Shown: positions 32,566 to 42,700 of the stretch, one piece after another | Layout: the number at the start of each line of letters is the position of its first letter | How positions within the stretch are numbered: position 1 is the stretch's first letter | Assembly (NCBI GenBank): GCA_964291295.2 | Contig: OZ219754.1 | Coordinates: 1,472,001-1,536,000 of the forward strand | Length of the DNA stretch: 64,000 nucleotides | Direction of reading: 5' to 3' | Source: an uncultured Candidatus Binatia bacterium | GTDB lineage: Bacteria; Desulfobacterota; Binatia; UBA9968; JAJDTQ01 | The notes under the pieces: generated by a model | What the model was told of the DNA's origin: nothing | Seen by the model: the letters and a program-made list of their open reading frames with translations, nothing else | The model's database searches: none | Made by a program: the position numbers and the translations under genes

Positions 32566-33297
32566 ATGAACCGCAGATTTCCGTCCTTCGCCACGCTGGC
32601 GTCCTTCGCGACCACTTTCGCCGCCGTTGTCGCCGCCGTCGCGCTGACCCTCGGCGCCTATCAGCCCGCGGCCGCCGCCACCGGCGGCATCTCCGGAACC
32701 GTGGTCTTCAACGGCACCGTTCCCGAGCCCAGGAAACTCAAGGTCACCAAGGACAAGCGGCGTTGTGACATGTCGCCCAAGTTCGACGAGTCGCTGAAGG
32801 TCAAGGATGGCAAGCTGGCGAACGTCGTGGTGTACATCGCCGAGGTCGAGGGTGGCAAGAAGCTGGAGACAAAAGGGGTCACACTCGATCAGAACGGCTG
32901 CCGGTATGCGCCGCACGTGTTGGCGGTTCCGGCCGGTGCCGACGTCACCATCCTCAATCCGGACAAGGTGCTGCACAACATCCACACCTACAGCAAGATC
33001 AACAAGCCCATCAACCGCGCACAGCCGAAATTCAAGAAGAAACTGACGGTGAAGTTCACGGAGCCGGAGGTCTTCGAAGTCAAATGCGACGTACACGGCT
33101 GGATGGGCGGCTGGATCTTCGTGGCCGGCAATCCCTACTACAGCGTCACCGGTGACGATGGCGCCTTCAGCCTCGCCGACCTGCCCGCGGGCAAGTACAA
33201 TGTCGAGATCTGGCATGAGAAGCTCGGCACCATGACCAGGGAAGTGGAAGTCAAGGCCGGAGAGACCGCCACGCTCGACATCGAATTTGCCGGCTGA
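32566..33297 (+). CDS. Secreted cupredoxin-like/carboxypeptidase-regulatory-like domain protein
   Basis: Signal peptide; HNIH and CDVHGWM potential type-1 Cu ligands; LPAGKY...WHE C-terminal beta-sandwich. Confidence 0.75.
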   Translation: MNRRFPSFATLASFATTFAAVVAAVALTLGAYQPAAAATGGISGTVVFNGTVPEPRKLKVTKDKRRCDMSPKFDESLKVKDGKLANVVVYIAEVEGGKKLETKGVTLDQNGCRYAPHVLAVPAGADVTILNPDKVLHNIHTYSKINKPINRAQPKFKKKLTVKFTEPEVFEVKCDVHGWMGGWIFVAGNPYYSVTGDDGAFSLADLPAGKYNVEIWHEKLGTMTREVEVKAGETATLDIEFAG

Positions 33298-33358
33298 TTT
33301 GTCGGCTGATCCGCGCCGAGACCCGGCCGCGCGGCTTGGTCAGCCGCGGCCACTGCTC

Positions 33359-33406
33359 AAGGAAACGCCATGCCGGCCTGCCGCCGGCATGGCGTTTCCT
33401 TTTCTT
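33359..33406 (+). terminator. Rho-independent terminator after the respiratory operon
   Basis: Perfect stem GGAAACGCCATGCCGGC/GCCGGCATGGCGTTTCC followed by TTTTCTT. Confidence 0.85.
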
Positions 33407-33421
33407 GCCGCGGGGGGCTGG

Positions 33422-34105
33422 CTACATGCCCACCCGGCTCTTGAAGAAGTTCCAGGCGCGCTCCATGTCGGGCGGCGGCAGAGCCTCCCGCTGGCGCGCC
33501 CCGGCCGCTTCCTCGGGAAGGAAGCGCGGTGTGCCTATCTGCAGGGCGCCGTAGAGCACCTGCGCCGCTTCTTCGAGGTAGATGGCCATCATCACCGCTT
33601 CCGGAATGGTACGGCCCACCGTCACCTGCCCGTTGCCTTGCAGCAGCAAGGCGCCGCCGCCGCCCAAGGCCCGGGCCGCCCCCTCTCCCAATTCCGGGGT
33701 GGAGATGAGGTCGATGGTCCGGAAGACCGGCACGCCTCCACTGAAAAAGCTGCCGTGGTTGTGCACCGCCTCCAGGGGCGTGTCCGTGACCGAGAAGATG
33801 TTGGCGGTCCTGGCGTGGATTCGCGTGATGGCGTTGATGTCCGGCCGGGCGTTGAAGATGGCCGTGTGCAGCGGGGTCTCGAAGGAGGGGGAAGCCGGTG
33901 CTTCCAGCACCTGGCCCTGAAGGTTCACCACCACCAGTTGTCCCGGTTCCACAAGTTCGAGACTCACCCGCGGGGTGATCACGAACAGATCCGAGTCCGG
34001 GATCCGCGCACTCACGTGTCCGAACCCCTGCACCAGCCCCTCGCGGCTCAGGATCCTGGCAGCCGCGATGATATCCTCGTCAAGCTTTTCGACTCGATCC
34101 GGCAT
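33422..34105 (-). CDS. Class II aldolase/adducin family protein
   Basis: GFGHVSAR, ETPLHTAIF, RPDI, LLLQGNG, LEEAA. Confidence 0.88.
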   Translation of the reverse strand: MPDRVEKLDEDIIAAARILSREGLVQGFGHVSARIPDSDLFVITPRVSLELVEPGQLVVVNLQGQVLEAPASPSFETPLHTAIFNARPDINAITRIHARTANIFSVTDTPLEAVHNHGSFFSGGVPVFRTIDLISTPELGEGAARALGGGGALLLQGNGQVTVGRTIPEAVMMAIYLEEAAQVLYGALQIGTPRFLPEEAAGARQREALPPPDMERAWNFFKSRVGM

Positions 34106-34282
34106 CTTGATGGATGATGGCGATGGTGTGCCGCGCCTGCTGTGTGATTCTGCTCCGGGATCAGTGGACCACTCGCAGCTCAAGGCCCTGTAACACGATC
34201 CAGTGCCTCAGGGAAACGGCCCCATGTCCAACCTGGCACAGGCGCCGAAGCGAACGCGACCGCACCTTCGGGACCGGTTCAT

Positions 34283-35350
34283 TCACCGGGGTGGCCGCGA
34301 AGCACTCTTCCATTCGAGGTCCTGAACCGTATACGCATTGAACAGTCCCTCGATAATGCGGTCGTGCGCGGTCTTCCATCTCTTCTTGGCATGGCCGGGT
34401 GTCTTGTCCCAGACCATGACGCTGAACACACACTCGTAGGTGCGAACCTGCCGATTCCTCCCTTGGGCGACCAGATGGCGTACCGCCTCGGTGAACTCGT
34501 TGTCGCTCAGTTTTCTCCCGTAGGGCAGATCGTCAACGAGCAATCGTTCCCATTCGTCCGTGTATGGTCCGCCGCCGTCGTCGAAAGCCCCTCCCGATGG
34601 TGCGGTTCTCGGAGCCAGTTCAATACTGTCCTCGTATATCGCCACATTGAATACATAGTAGGGTTTCTCACGCGTCTTCCCATGGCCGGCGCTGAGGATT
34701 TGATACCAGCACGGCGGGTTCTTGCCCTTGCGGCGCAGGAGGGTCAGGTTGCGTTGGGCCTGGTCGCGTTCACGTTCGGCGGCGCGGCGTGCCTGTTCCG
34801 CTTCTTGCTGCGCCTTGCGGGCATCCTCGGCGGCATTCACGAGGGTTTCGATCCGGTCCGGATGCACCTGTGCGGACAGGTTTTCGTACTCGCGGCGCAG
34901 GAGGGTCAGGTTGCGTTGGGCCTGGTCGCGTTCGCGTTCGGCGGCGCGGCGTGCCTGTTCCGCTTCTTGCTGCGCCTTGCGGGCATCCTCGGCGGCATTC
35001 ACGAGGGTTTCGATCCGGTCCGGATGCACCTGTGCGGACAGGTTTTCGTACTCGCGGCGCAGGAGGGTCAGGTTGCGTTGGGCCTGGTCGCGTTCGCGTT
35101 CGGCGGCGCGGCGTGCCTGTTCCGCTTCTTGCTGCGCCTTGCGGGCATCCTCGGCGGCATTCACGAGGGTTTCGATCCGGTCCGGATGCACCCATACCCG
35201 CGGTGTCGGCGTACTTTCCGGATTGGACTCCGGCCGTGGCTCGTTCCGTTGGACAAGGCCCAGAAGAGCAATGAGCAACAGGAAGGTAAGGAGAAGGAAC
35301 GTTTCGGCGACGGTAAGGCCGAGAATGGTACCTCGCCGGTACGTGCTCAT
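34283..35350 (-). CDS. Single-TM MotB/ExbD-like partner protein with 54-aa tandem coiled-coil repeats (hypothetical)
   Basis: RRGTILGLTVAETFLLLTFLLL N-terminal TM with one acidic residue; ATGA-coupled to the MotA-like gene; C-terminal domain with 2 Cys. Confidence 0.6.
   Translation of the reverse strand: MSTYRRGTILGLTVAETFLLLTFLLLIALLGLVQRNEPRPESNPESTPTPRVWVHPDRIETLVNAAEDARKAQQEAEQARRAAERERDQAQRNLTLLRREYENLSAQVHPDRIETLVNAAEDARKAQQEAEQARRAAERERDQAQRNLTLLRREYENLSAQVHPDRIETLVNAAEDARKAQQEAEQARRAAERERDQAQRNLTLLRRKGKNPPCWYQILSAGHGKTREKPYYVFNVAIYEDSIELAPRTAPSGGAFDDGGGPYTDEWERLLVDDLPYGRKLSDNEFTEAVRHLVAQGRNRQVRTYECVFSVMVWDKTPGHAKKRWKTAHDRIIEGLFNAYTVQDLEWKSASRPPR
34730..35191. repeat. 162-bp in-frame tandem repeat, about 2.9 near-identical copies
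   Basis: CGGCGCAGGAGGGTCAGG recurs at 34731, 34893, 35055. Confidence 0.95.
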
Positions 35351-36801
35351 CGATGCCAGCTCCAGAATCTCCAGAATCCGAAACGCCGGCGTTGGCGAAG
35401 AGTCCTGGTCCGTGCTTTGGCCTCATCGGCAAGGACGTGGAGCGCATCCGCCGTGCGCCGCGTCTGCTCCTCGGTCGTGCGCAGGCCTTGCGTGAGAGCG
35501 TCGATCAGCTCCACTGCCTTGGCGGCCCGTTCCACAGCGGCCGCTCCCTGGTCGGTGATGGCATGAAGGGTCTCCCCGATCTCTCTTGTCGCCGCCACGG
35601 TTTGCTCCGTGTCGCGACTGGTGCGAATGTGCGCGTCGAACTCGCTGATTGCATCGAACACGCCCTTCATCGTCTCGGTGCCGGCGTGAACCGGCTCAAG
35701 GGCGGTGCCCACCTTGTTGACCGTCAGCTCCAGAGAAGCAATGGCCTTCGCCGTCTCCTGGGCGCGGTCGCCGAAGGCCGCACTTGCATCGCCCGCATGC
35801 CCGAGACCGGATCCGAGGCGGTCGAACGCCTCGACAACCCGCTCGTGTGTGGTAGACACGCTTTGCGTCAACGAGAGGGACTGCTTCGCAGCAGCATCGA
35901 AGTTACCCCGAAGGGCATCAAGGCTTTGGGCACTCGCGGATCGGATCTCATCATGAAATGAGCGCGTGGTCTCGCGGACTTCGGCGAGATAGCTGGCGTG
36001 GGCGGATTGGAGTTGTTCCACCAGGCTTTCAGCCTGCCTCGCCGCGGTGCCGAGGGAGCCGCCGATGGCGTCGAGGGTACTCTCGGCCTGGCTCTTGAGT
36101 TCCTGGGAGAACGTCTCGGTGTTGCGCTGGAGCGTATCCTTGAACGCGGTGCTCTGTGACTTCAGCGTTTCACTGTGGTTGTGAAGACGTTCCTCGGTGT
36201 CGTTCATATGGCTTCTGACAAGCCGGTTGAACCGTGCGAGAGCGTTCACGGCCTGGTTGAGTTCGCGGGCGATTCTCCTGAGTTCGTGAGCGATTCTATT
36301 GGGTCCGTGCGGGATGGTCGCGACCAGGAGTCGATGGGTCCCTTCAGGGTCCTGGGCGCCTGCGCCCGCGGGGGGCGCATCGGTATCATCGTATCCCCGG
36401 GCGAATTCGGATGGCCCCGTCAATCCGGCCCGGGGCCAGTTGAGCACCAGGATGCGGCAGGCAATCCCCGCGATGGTGGAGGTGAGGGCGATGCCGAAAT
36501 TTTTCAGCAGGTCATGGATTTTCTCGTCACTGCGCACCTCCTCGGTATCGGCCCCGAAGAGTTCCACGAGGGAAAACATGAGGGAGATGAGCGTGAACAG
36601 GAGCCCCAGATAGTAGACGTTGTCGGCTTTCTCCTCGCGGGCATCCTCATCGTTGAGCACGTAGTAGATTGTCAGTCCGGCAACCGTCACCGCCGCGACC
36701 ACCGCCGCAAACCAGGCGTTGGCGAATGCGCTTTTGGTCAAGTAGATGCCAATACCGCCGCCGAGCAAGGCGGCCAGGAACGACAAGGCGTTGTTGGTCA
36801 T
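35347..36801 (-). CDS. MotA/ExbB/ZorA-like membrane protein with long helical C-terminal tail
   Basis: YYLGLLFTLISL and FGIALTSTIAG match the two pore helices of the MotA/TolQ/ExbB family; about 350-aa Ala/Glu-rich helical tail. Confidence 0.65.
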   Translation of the reverse strand: MTNNALSFLAALLGGGIGIYLTKSAFANAWFAAVVAAVTVAGLTIYYVLNDEDAREEKADNVYYLGLLFTLISLMFSLVELFGADTEEVRSDEKIHDLLKNFGIALTSTIAGIACRILVLNWPRAGLTGPSEFARGYDDTDAPPAGAGAQDPEGTHRLLVATIPHGPNRIAHELRRIARELNQAVNALARFNRLVRSHMNDTEERLHNHSETLKSQSTAFKDTLQRNTETFSQELKSQAESTLDAIGGSLGTAARQAESLVEQLQSAHASYLAEVRETTRSFHDEIRSASAQSLDALRGNFDAAAKQSLSLTQSVSTTHERVVEAFDRLGSGLGHAGDASAAFGDRAQETAKAIASLELTVNKVGTALEPVHAGTETMKGVFDAISEFDAHIRTSRDTEQTVAATREIGETLHAITDQGAAAVERAAKAVELIDALTQGLRTTEEQTRRTADALHVLADEAKARTRTLRQRRRFGFWRFWSWHR

Positions 36802-36925
36802 TCTGGGTATATCCGTGATGGCCTCGGTGCCCGGTCACCATCTGTGGCTGGCCAGAGACCGGTGTGCCCTCGCTTCCCGGATGCCGGTCACCACTTCCGG
36901 GTCTCGATCCGGGCAGGAACCTGGA

Positions 36926-37756
36926 TCAGATGGAATCCTGCCATCCGATCTCTCCTCCCTGCTGCACGATCAAGTCGGTCCACCAGTAGTAATGACGTTC
37001 GCTCTGCCACTTCGCGTAGTTGGGCCGTTCGAGCCGGAAAAGGCTGACCCGCGTGCCGGTCAGATCGGTGAGGAGGTCGCGGGCTTGGCGGCGTATCTCC
37101 TTGACGTCTGGATAGGGTCCGTAGTGAGACAGCCGCGGGCTGTGTTGGAGCAGGTCGGAGAAGACGATGAGATGGACCTTGAAACGTTCGTCCCCGCGCT
37201 TGCCGGACACGTGACGGGCAGCAAGGACCGCAATCGTTTCGAGCAGCGGCGAGCTCTGCCGCGGTTCGTTTGCTTCTGCCGGGAATCCGGCTTTCAGCGC
37301 ATGCTCGAATTGCCTCCAGTCCCGTTCGGCGAAACTCCGGCCCTGGTGGATGTCGTCGCGCCACGTACGATCCTTCGGGTTCTTGAGCGGGCGGCATACT
37401 TCAAGCAGCTTCTTCGGCTTGCCCGGGTCCTGCGTCAGTTCGTAGATCGCAAGGAGTTCCCCCGGGGCAATGCCCATGGGTCCCGTTTGCTCCGACGCGA
37501 TCTGTTTGGCGAGACGTTCGAGTTCGGCTCGATGCTTTGGGGTCAGCGGATCGCTTGTATCAAGGAGCAGCACGGTAGCGCCGCCGGGACCGGTGGCCTT
37601 GGGGCAGAGGCGGTCGTCGGTTTCCGGGACCCGGGTGCCGACCTGGTAGAACACGGCCACACCGATGATAAGACACGCGCCCACCCCGATTGGGAGCATG
37701 ATCGACTGCCAGTGCGCCTTGGCTGCGGCTCGGCGGCGTGCGTCCCGCCTCATCAT
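36926..37756 (-). CDS. Single-TM protein with vWA-like domain (hypothetical)
   Basis: TM after basic N-terminus; VLLLDTSD (MIDAS-like), SSPLLETI, LIVFSDLLQ. Confidence 0.6.
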   Translation of the reverse strand: MMRRDARRRAAAKAHWQSIMLPIGVGACLIIGVAVFYQVGTRVPETDDRLCPKATGPGGATVLLLDTSDPLTPKHRAELERLAKQIASEQTGPMGIAPGELLAIYELTQDPGKPKKLLEVCRPLKNPKDRTWRDDIHQGRSFAERDWRQFEHALKAGFPAEANEPRQSSPLLETIAVLAARHVSGKRGDERFKVHLIVFSDLLQHSPRLSHYGPYPDVKEIRRQARDLLTDLTGTRVSLFRLERPNYAKWQSERHYYWWTDLIVQQGGEIGWQDSI

Positions 37757-39195
37757 GCGTCCTCCGCGTAGTCAGCGACGACGTGATCGAGCATCTGGTA
37801 GCGCGCTCGGAGTTGAGCGTAGGTCTCCTCCACCCGTGCAAACCCCGCCTTCGTCACATTCGGGATGTCGCCCCACTCGGGAGGAGGCGGGATATGGAAT
37901 TGCGGAGGCTGGATCACATCTTCGTCGATGGTCGGCTCGCTGCCAAAGAAGGGCGGCGCCGCGGCGGTCCGCTCGGCGAGGTTCGCGTCGCGATAGGCCG
38001 CGAGAAGATAGCTCAGATCCTTGTTGTACTGCCGGAGGTTCGCCGGATAGTTGTCGACAACCATCCGCAATCGGTGGATCGTGTCCTCCCAGCCGGCCCG
38101 GTCTATCTCATAGCGGCTCTTGATCTCGTCGATGGCCTTGTTTGCCTCGTTGCGCGCGGATTCCAGTTCTTCAAGTGCGTCGTTGAGATTGTCCTGGTAG
38201 CGTCCGAGCAGTTCTTCGACCTTTCGGTGCCTCGCGCCGTACCCGGGAAAGGGGTCGTCGGCGGTGAACATCTTGTATGTGGTCAGGACGAATACCGCGA
38301 CGCCGATGAAAGCCAGCCCGGCGGAAGGAAGGCTCTCCCATGGCAGGGGATTTTCGATCATTGTGCGGCAAGCGTCGGCGAACGCCTCGTCGATGGCCTC
38401 GAACTTTCCCTCCCTTTCCGCGCGCACATAGACGTCGCGCACATGGCCGGCCACGTTGTTCCAGGCCAATGCGGCCCCGGTGCAGAGCAGGCCCGAGGCG
38501 AAGGCCAACAGCTTCATGACCCCCCAGTCGTAGAGGATGAAGCGCGAGACCCGTCCGGCGCAGATCCCCAGGAAGACATTGACGAGGGTCAGTACCGCTG
38601 CAATCATCCACCCTTCGAACACCCCGCCGCGTGAGACGCTTCCCAGGAGGTTGGCGTTGGCGAAGCTCTCGATGATTCCAGCCACCGGAATCCACAGCCA
38701 GTGCGAGATCCGGTTGTTCGGATAGTGCGCGACTCGCGAGAGCCGATGGCGCTGGCGGAAGTCCTTCAGGTCGCGGGAGGCCTCCTGGTACTCCGCGCAC
38801 TGCTTGTCGAGATCGCTCAGGTTTTGTTCGGTCCGGGTACGGAGATCCTGACAACGTTGCGTGACGACGGCATCAAGGCCGATCACCGGATTCTGCTCCC
38901 CCCAGTCCTGGACCCATCCGTTGAGATTGGCGAGTTCGTCATCAATGTACCTGGTAACGTCTTCCTTGCAGTCGAGCGCCCGCTTCCGGACCCAGCTTTC
39001 GATTTTCTGGTACGTCTCATCGGGCAGGGCCTGATCAGGGCCAGGCTGGTTCATCTTGCCCCGCTTCTTGCCTTCCGCCTGGATTCCGTGGGCGGCGAGC
39101 CAGGCGTCACCGTCGAGGCGGACGTACTGACGCTTGATCCGGTCGAAGCCTCGAATGTCTTCCCATCCAGAGCGAGTGGGGATCCTTTTCAGCAT
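37753..39195 (-). CDS. Four-TM membrane protein with N- and C-terminal helical/coiled-coil domains (hypothetical)
   Basis: Four hydrophobic segments then DDPFPGYG and YRDAN motifs; GAGAGG RBS; ATGA overlap with next gene. Confidence 0.75.
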   Translation of the reverse strand: MLKRIPTRSGWEDIRGFDRIKRQYVRLDGDAWLAAHGIQAEGKKRGKMNQPGPDQALPDETYQKIESWVRKRALDCKEDVTRYIDDELANLNGWVQDWGEQNPVIGLDAVVTQRCQDLRTRTEQNLSDLDKQCAEYQEASRDLKDFRQRHRLSRVAHYPNNRISHWLWIPVAGIIESFANANLLGSVSRGGVFEGWMIAAVLTLVNVFLGICAGRVSRFILYDWGVMKLLAFASGLLCTGAALAWNNVAGHVRDVYVRAEREGKFEAIDEAFADACRTMIENPLPWESLPSAGLAFIGVAVFVLTTYKMFTADDPFPGYGARHRKVEELLGRYQDNLNDALEELESARNEANKAIDEIKSRYEIDRAGWEDTIHRLRMVVDNYPANLRQYNKDLSYLLAAYRDANLAERTAAAPPFFGSEPTIDEDVIQPPQFHIPPPPEWGDIPNVTKAGFARVEETYAQLRARYQMLDHVVADYAEDA

Positions 39196-39754
39196 TGGGG
39201 CCTCTCGTCTCTCCCGCGCTTCGCTGTCCTGCGGCACGTGTCTCCTGTGTCTCTTGAGGCGCAGCGTTCGTTCCGGGCGGAAATCGAGTTTACTCGTGAA
39301 TCCGCGTCAACGGATCGCAGCCGGAGCACGCCCGCATGCGTATGAACATCACCGCGCGCAGGCCATGGCGGACATCCGCAGCTTCAGCGGCAACTGAATC
39401 GACGATATGCCCGGCGGGGCAGAATCAATGTCCGCCGGAGTCGAGCGGAAGCAGGGTTGCCTGTTGCGCCCTGGCCGACTCAACACGGCGGCGGCACGAT
39501 TTGGCGTCGTGCGCGAGACGACCGGCCCGCAGCCTACCCGCGCCCTCCGCATTGTCGTCCCGCCGGAAGAGGTAACAAAACGCTCCGCGCGGTTCAAGTT
39601 GTTGACGGCGCTCCTCACACGGTTCGCACCGCCGTAGACTGCCGACACCGCACTGGGCACCGCGCGGACTCTGGCAGATCAAACGGAAATATCTTATCGT
39701 CCATGGAAGTGGCTTGAGGTTCATCCCGTATCACTGGATCGGAAGTTGGCACTC

Positions 39755-42700
39755 ATGAATGAAGCAGAGTCGCTGTTTCAGGACACCATACTGAGGGTTC
39801 TCGAAACTGCGCCGCAGGGTCTTACGGTGGAGCGAATTCGGTCTCAACTGGCGAAAGCCGGAGCGGTCGCCGCCAAGCATGAGATCGTACGTACGCTCGC
39901 GCAAATGAACGATCGTCAGCTGATTCAGATTGATGCAACGCGCCGCTGGCTGGTCCGCCATAATTCTCTGAAGACAGGGAAGGACGGACATGCTGTTTCA
40001 GGCACGTCCGAGAAGTACCTGGTTTCCATTCCCTGTCAGGCAGTGGCAGGCAAGAGGCCTGAAATGGCTCAGGAGATGCCTGCGGGAAAAGGAGTCGAGC
40101 GCAGTCTCGATCTGCTCCAACAGCTTCTGCCATACTACCAGGAGTCCTTGCGAGCCGGCGATGGTGGCTCGCCACAGGCATTTGCCAACCAGTACGGAGA
40201 CAGCTTCGGGTTTCTGGAACCGGACAGGCCTTGGTGGCCCACAGCCGCACGCGGCCACACACTCATTGTTTCGTTGTCGAGTGTGCCGCCGGGTTTGCGA
40301 TCCCTCGTGGCGAAGCAGCACAGTTCGCATATGCTCCTGGGCTACCCGCTGCACATGGTGGCGCCGCGCGACGCGGATGGCGACGTCTTTATCCGGCCCG
40401 TTTCGGTCATCCGATGCCGTTACGAGCAGACGGAGACCCACCTGCGAATAGATGTTCCGGTGGTCCAGCCAACGATCGTGCGTGACTGGCTGCGGGGCCA
40501 GGTCAAGTATGGTGGTTGGACGGCGTCACGGCTATTGAGTTGGCTCTTGATTGAGGATGAAACGGCCGGTCTTCAGGCCGAGGATGAGGCCGAGGCTCCG
40601 GAGTTTCTGGAGATACCCACTTTAGCCGCACGATTGGAGTCGGCTGCCGGGAAATCAGTGCAACAGCGGCTCGTGCCAAGCGCCGTAGCCGGTCGTGTGC
40701 CGCGCAAGTGCGCAACGGGTTATTACAATGGTTTGGCCCTGTTCCCGGAAGCGGCCGGGAAGTACGCGCGTTCTGCCATCAAGGACTACGAGAGGCTGTG
40801 CAGGGAATCACGGGAGAGCCTGGGCAACAGCTCGCTGGGCGCATGTTTCGGCATACCCCGGCCCGTCTCACCCATCCCTGCCATCCTGCACCCGTTTCCT
40901 CTCGGTGAGACCCAGTTGCTGGCAACCAGCGCGGCCTTGTCCGAACCGCTGACCGTCATCACCGGCCCGCCGGGTACGGGCAAATCGCAGGTCATTGCCG
41001 CAATCATGCTTAGTGCCGCCGCAGCCGGGCGGTCCGTTCTACTTGCAGCGCGCCAGCATCGTGCGATCGACGCAGTCAAGGAACGCCTGGAGGCCCTGAC
41101 TGACGACCGGAGTCTGCTTGTTCGGGCAAATGAATCCGAGGGGTTCGGGAAGTTCACCTTCGCTGACGGCCTGCGGGCCTTGCAGACTCGAGCGGGTGAC
41201 CCGGATGCGGTTCGCCGTTTCGATCAGCGCTTGGCCGATATTGCTGAGGTTGATCTGGCACGTTGGCGTCTGCTGGAGGCTTGGCGGCGCTTGAAGTCCA
41301 CGAGCGAAGAGGCAGGTGTCCTTCTGGCGGAACTCGACAAGCTGGCGACCGAACGGACCAGGTTGTCGGCCAAGGTACCGTTCTCCCCGGAGACCCGCAC
41401 CGGCTCGTCACTTCTCTTGCGGGCTTTGCGTTTCCTGGCTCGTCTTCTGCATTGTACGGTGGCCGGTGATACGCTTCTGGGCGGGATATCTCGCGATGCG
41501 TATTTCGAGCGCGAAGAAACTCGGCTGAGGGCGGCTTTGCACGAAGTCGAGGAACGCATTCGAAAGCTGAGGGCCGAGCTGGATGGGCAGAAGGAAACGC
41601 CGGTCACCTTGGGGGCGAAGGTGCAGGCGATGAGTACCGAAGCCATGGAGCCCCTCCTGGACTGTCTGAACGCCGTCACGTCGGAAGACCGGCAGGCACT
41701 CGTGAGCATCGCTGGTGACGCCGGGATCATGGGATGGCAAGGCGTCGACTCGGATGCGTGCCAACGGATCCTGAAGTACATGCCCTTGTGGGCAGTGACC
41801 ACGTTGGCCGCCGGCAGCCGTATTCCGCTGAAGTCAGGACTGTTCGACTATGTCGTGTTCGACGAGGCCGGTGTGACCGATATCGCTTCCTCTCTGCCGC
41901 TTCTTTTCAGGGCCAAGTCCGCAGTGATCGTTGGCGATCCGATGCAGCTTGGCATGATCTGCAATCTCGATCCACGCGAAGAACGGATGATGCTGAGCCG
42001 CCATGGCCTGTTGCGGCCTGGCATAGGGCTCTTTGCTCAAAGTCAAACGGATCTGTTCCAGTTCGCGGCTTCGGTCGGGGAGAGTGCTCCGTTCCTGTTG
42101 AGCGAACATTACCGGTGTCATCCAGACATCGCAGCCTACTTTAACGAGGCCTTCTATGGTCGCCGCCTGACGACTCTCACGGACGAGAGAGCGTTACGGG
42201 TTCCCCGGGGCCTCAAGGCCGGTCTTCACTGGACGGATGTGCAGGGCTTGGTGTCGACGGGCCGAGACATCGGGATGGGCGGTTCGGTGTATTCCGACTC
42301 GGAAGCAGAAGCTGTCGTGGAAAAACTGGAGGAGGTGGCAGCGCTGGATTTCGAAGGAACGGTGGGGATTGTCACCTTCTTTGCACCCCAGGCAAGGCGC
42401 ATCAATGAAATGGCAGTTCGGAGGATCGGTTCCGACAAACTGAACCGTCTGAACGTCAAGGTGTTCACCGCCAACAAGTTTCAAGGTGACGAGCGCGACG
42501 TGATGCTGGTGTCATTGTGTCTGGCACCGGACATGCCGCCGGGCGCGCGAAAGTTCCTGGCAGAGGAGAAACGCCTCTTGAATGTCGCCATCAGTCGAGC
42601 TCGCGCGGTTTGCAATGTTTTCGGCAACAAGACATTTGCGGCTGGCTGCGGTATCCCGCACATCGAAACCCTGGTCCGCCGTGTGGACACCGCCATGTGG

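Noticed and set aside
34283-36801. Calling the pair canonical Zorya zorAB or flagellar motAB
   Set aside because: No OmpA-like domain, TM Asp replaced by Glu, no zorC/D/E or flagellar genes; kept only as a structural analogy
39340-39724. Third UGA-readthrough candidate on minus strand (SGGH-TGA-FCPAGH)
   Set aside because: No convincing start or codon bias and no properly spaced SECIS; more likely non-coding or decayed sequence in the divergent promoter region
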